Assembly: GCA_026387835.1 (NCBI GenBank)
Contig: JAPLKZ010000006.1
Location: forward strand, 1-32,000
Length of the DNA stretch: 32,000 nt
Reading direction: 5' to 3'
Source: Candidatus Saganbacteria bacterium
Lineage (GTDB): Bacteria > Margulisbacteria > WOR-1 > JAKLHX01
Part shown: positions 29,153 through 32,000 of the stretch, one piece after another
Layout: each line of letters begins with the position of its first letter
Position numbering within the stretch: position 1 is the first letter of the stretch
Translations under genes and position numbers: made by a program
The notes under the pieces: generated by a model
The model's input: the letters and a program-made list of their open reading frames with translations, nothing else
Told to the model about the DNA's origin: nothing
Database searches by the model: none

Positions 29153-29893
29153 TCAGCTAAAGCTCATCATCAGGCCTCTGGTGATAAGGTTCCACCCGTC
29201 GGCCAGTACAAAAAGGAGTATCTTAAAAGGAAGAGAGACCATTACAGGGGACAGCATGAACATACCCAGCGACAGTAATATATTGGCGACCACAAGATCA
29301 ATAACGATGAACGGGACAAATATAAGAAACCCGATCTGGAAAGCGGTCTTAAGCTCGCTTATCATGAAAGCGGGGATGAGGACATAGGTAGGTACCTGCG
29401 AAAAACTTGTGGGCCTGGGGATACGCGAGAACTGTATGAAAAGACTGAGATCGTTCTCCCTGGTCTGCCTGAACATGAATTTTCTTAGAGGTTCCATCCC
29501 CACTTCGAAAGCCTTGACCTGGCTGATCTTTTTCTGGTTATAGGGGACTAAAGCTTTTGTGTTGATCTCCTGCCATACCGGCGTCATAACGAATACGGTC
29601 ATAAAAAGCGAAAGCCCGATGATGACCGAGTTCGGAGGCACCTGCTGTGTTCCGACTGCGACCCTGATAAGGCCGAGAACGATTATCATCCTCAGGAAAG
29701 AAGTCACCGATATAAGGAAAAAAGGGGCTAAAGTTATCAGCGAGAGAGTTATCAGAAGCTGAACTGAGTTACTGAACCTTTCAGGGGTCAGGAGGGTCGA
29801 AATATTAATGCCGCCGGGTGATATTGCCGGCGCCGAGAACGCGGGACCTGCCGTAATAAACAATGCGGCAAGGATACTTATATATTTTTTCAT
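29153..29893 (-). CDS. fliP: Flagellar biosynthesis protein FliP
   Basis: Signal peptide, TSFLRMIIVLGLIRVAVGTQQVPPNSVIIGLSLFMT and MISELKTAFQIGF. Confidence 0.93.
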   Translation of the reverse strand: MKKYISILAALFITAGPAFSAPAISPGGINISTLLTPERFSNSVQLLITLSLITLAPFFLISVTSFLRMIIVLGLIRVAVGTQQVPPNSVIIGLSLFMTVFVMTPVWQEINTKALVPYNQKKISQVKAFEVGMEPLRKFMFRQTRENDLSLFIQFSRIPRPTSFSQVPTYVLIPAFMISELKTAFQIGFLIFVPFIVIDLVVANILLSLGMFMLSPVMVSLPFKILLFVLADGWNLITRGLMMSFS

Positions 29894-30276
29894 TTATCGA
29901 GCTGAAAATCCTCCTCCAGCTTGTCGATCTTTGCGACCGTTTTTCCGCTGACAACAATAAGCCATGCGGATTTGCCGGCTTTGATGATATACGAAGATAC
30001 CTGAGGTTCAATAGTCAGTCTGTCCACTATTTCTATGAACCTGCCTTTAGTCCCGCTCTGGAATTTAGGGAATACGTATTTTGCCGCGAGATATATGAAC
30101 CCGAAGACCACAAGCAGCGAAAATATCAATTGCACGATATATCCGAAAGAGATTATTGAGGAAGGACCGGCCGCGGCGGAACTTTCTGTAGTTGAAAAAT
30201 AAGCCGCATCAACAGCAAAAGCCCTGCAGGAAAGCAGCAGTTGGATCACTGACAAATGGCAGAGGTATTTTTTCAT
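29890..30276 (-). CDS. fliO: FliO/FliZ-like flagellar export-apparatus protein
   Basis: The protein is 128 aa with a signal-like N-terminus, one central TM segment (IVQLIFSLLVVFGFIYLAA) and a FliO-type C-terminus. It occupies the canonical position between fliN and fliP. Confidence 0.6.
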   Translation of the reverse strand: MKKYLCHLSVIQLLLSCRAFAVDAAYFSTTESSAAAGPSSIISFGYIVQLIFSLLVVFGFIYLAAKYVFPKFQSGTKGRFIEIVDRLTIEPQVSSYIIKAGKSAWLIVVSGKTVAKIDKLEEDFQLDK

Positions 30277-30584
30277 TTATTTATGCAGACTTTGGTGACC
30301 CTGATGGCGTAGCAATCATTGACAGCGACGACTTCTCCCTGGGCGACAACTTGCCCTCCCACTTTTATGTCAAGTGATTCCCCCGCGACCTTGTCCAGGC
30401 TGATGATAGAACCTTCCGCGAGATCAAGGATCTCTCTCAACGCGATCTTGGCTTTCCCGAGTTCGACAGTTGCTTCCACGGGGATCTCAGCAAGCATCTG
30501 CTGGTCCAGACGGGGTCCGCTTTGGCTTTCCGTGATCTGAGCGAATTTTATTTTGTCAACGCCGAAACTTTCGGTTTCTGCCAA
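30273..30584 (-). CDS. fliN: Flagellar motor switch protein FliN (SpoA domain)
   Basis: The protein is 103 aa. It contains IPVEATVELGKAKIALREILDLAEGSIISLDKVAGESLDIKVGGQVVAQGEVVAV, which is the classic FliN C-terminal domain. Confidence 0.87.
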   Translation of the reverse strand: MAETESFGVDKIKFAQITESQSGPRLDQQMLAEIPVEATVELGKAKIALREILDLAEGSIISLDKVAGESLDIKVGGQVVAQGEVVAVNDCYAIRVTKVCINK

Positions 30585-30596
30585 TTTTATCCCTCC

Positions 30597-31769
30597 TTAA
30601 TAAGCTGTATTGCCGCCATCCGAAAAATCTTCATCAGCCGATGATTCTTGTTCCGCAATAAGACCGCCAAATGCCTCTGCATTTTCGTCCGCTGCCTGAC
30701 CGCTTTCCTGAACAGACATTTCTTCGGCCGGCGGTTTTTCCTGCTCAACTACGGACTCTCTGATCTTTTCAACCCTGCTTGTGCCGCTCCTCATTAATTG
30801 CAGCGAAATCTTATTATCCTTTATAGCAGGTTGGCCGAAAAGATTCAAGTGTCCTCCGATAGAAATATTTATCAGATTATAAATTGAATTATCCAGGACG
30901 ATGACGTCCCCGGCCTCCATATCGTACAGGTCCTTGGCCGATATATATGTCGAGCCAAGGTCGGAAACTAAATTGAAAGTGATCTTTTCCGTGTTCAAAT
31001 ACTTTATTTTTTCAATCCTGGGGGCGGGTCTTGAACGATCTGCTTTTCTTAACAGCTCTTTCACGAGCCTGGCCGGGACGGCCAAAAAGATCCTGCCGGT
31101 CTTATTCTGGTCAAAGCCGATATCGATGTCAAAGAAAACAAAAACAGCTGAATCGATGACAGACTGGTCAAAATAGGGCACGGGAGACCCGGACAAGATC
31201 AAGTCGGACAGAGCCGCGTCACCCAGTAACTTTGAAGCGTCGGCATTTATACAGGTGAAGAGAATGCTCTTTTCTATTTCCGTAAGCTCTTTTGCGGATC
31301 CCAGCGCTTCATAGCTGCCTATGCATTTATCGATCAGATAATTGCAGATATTTGATTCGATATACAGGAAAATGCTTCCAAAATCCGGATCGTTGAACTG
31401 GAACTGCGCGACCGGCCGCTGGATCCTTTTCAGGATCATAGGCGGGTTCAGCTGTTCGGCGGAAATAGCCCGTACAATAAGGTTCGCTTCCGATGCTTTA
31501 TTGAGAGAAGACGCAAAACTTTCGGAAAAATTCAGGAAAAGAAGCAGCGCGGAGTATCGCTCGCTGTCGGCAAGTTTTGCAGGGCCTCTGATAACGGGCG
31601 AGTCTTCTTTAGCCCTGTGATGGTCAGGTTTATAAACAGTCCAGTCGCCTATTGCCGGCTGCAGAAGCAAGGTGATCTTATTCTTTTTGCCGTTTGCCAT
31701 TATTATCAGCTTGTTCTCTGTATGAACTGAGTTATAGTATCGTTTACCAGCCTGATAACCGTCAGGCAT
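30597..31769 (-). CDS. fliM: FliM-like flagellar switch protein (divergent)
   Basis: It has a FliM middle-domain-like core (ELTEIEKSIL, compare E. coli EFTHTEQRVI) and a SpoA-like segment (LYDMEAGDVIVLD), then an acidic tail. The start is uncertain. The ATG at 31769 has GGCGGAGAG upstream but overlaps the upstream gene by 64 nt. The ATG at 31700 lies 5 nt after that gene's stop but has no SD. Confidence 0.7.
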   Translation of the reverse strand: MPDGYQAGKRYYNSVHTENKLIIMANGKKNKITLLLQPAIGDWTVYKPDHHRAKEDSPVIRGPAKLADSERYSALLLFLNFSESFASSLNKASEANLIVRAISAEQLNPPMILKRIQRPVAQFQFNDPDFGSIFLYIESNICNYLIDKCIGSYEALGSAKELTEIEKSILFTCINADASKLLGDAALSDLILSGSPVPYFDQSVIDSAVFVFFDIDIGFDQNKTGRIFLAVPARLVKELLRKADRSRPAPRIEKIKYLNTEKITFNLVSDLGSTYISAKDLYDMEAGDVIVLDNSIYNLINISIGGHLNLFGQPAIKDNKISLQLMRSGTSRVEKIRESVVEQEKPPAEEMSVQESGQAADENAEAFGGLIAEQESSADEDFSDGGNTAY

Positions 31770-32000
31770 GCGCTCTCCGCCCTTTGCATCTCGAGAGAGT
31801 CAACGACCTCTGAAGTATAGATGACATTCGACTGCTCTTTACTCCTGGGGCTGATGATCCCTACGGATTCGTTGCCGGGGGCAGAAGGATTTGCGGGATC
31901 GCCGGATGAAAGCGTCTGCGAGAAATTTGTCCCGTCCCTGTATTCAAGTCCGGAAGGGTTGGGGAATGAAGTCAAAGCTATCTGGTGATTAAGTTCATCT
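31706..32000 (-). CDS. Flagellar hook/rod family protein (FlgE/FlgG-like), C-terminal part; the ORF continues beyond the right edge
   Basis: There is no stop upstream to nt 32000. The C-terminus SFPNPSGLEYRDGTNFSQTLSSGDPANPSAPG...EQSNV..SEVV....MQRAES......ND aligns with the conserved F.N..GL...G.N.....SG.P...PG...E.SNV..EE.V.MI..QRAYE....I...D.ML domain of FlgE/FlgG. Confidence 0.7.
   Translation of the reverse strand, partial: DELNHQIALTSFPNPSGLEYRDGTNFSQTLSSGDPANPSAPGNESVGIISPRSKEQSNVIYTSEVVDSLEMQRAESACLTVIRLVNDTITQFIQRTS

Overview
The window is a compact bacterial chromosome segment with host-like codon usage throughout (ATA, AGA and AGG are common). I cannot assign the organism. It has four blocks. 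(1) 1-9866 (+) is a tightly packed run of unrelated housekeeping genes: hisS (3' part), aspS, a lipoprotein, purA, queC, an unknown ORF, amj, ribF, rpsO and pnp. Most junctions are 4-nt ATGA overlaps. (2) 9795-12063 is the only accessory-looking part. It holds two minus-strand genes of about 280 aa that I cannot place in any family and that look like remote paralogues. Each lies in a repeated frame: a 72-nt copy of the pnp 3' end on one side and shared upstream sequence blocks on the other. (3) 12064-23407 (+) carries purL, a lytic transglycosylase, comEA, comEC, asd, an RCK-type channel protein with a degenerate selectivity filter, cysE, cysS and serS. (4) 23672-32000 (-) is a flagellar export and switch operon: hook/rod gene 3' end, fliM-like, fliN, fliO, fliP, fliQ, fliR, flhB, flhA, two unknown small ORFs, then a short sigma factor. 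No tRNA, rRNA, CRISPR array, transposase or integrase was seen. The best candidate for something new is the duplicated-flank, two-gene locus between pnp and purL. Lesser oddities are repeat-like in-frame patches inside purL, a 100-nt nested-hairpin element between cysS and serS, and non-canonical features of the flagellar cluster. All family calls rest on motif recognition by eye, because no searches could be run.
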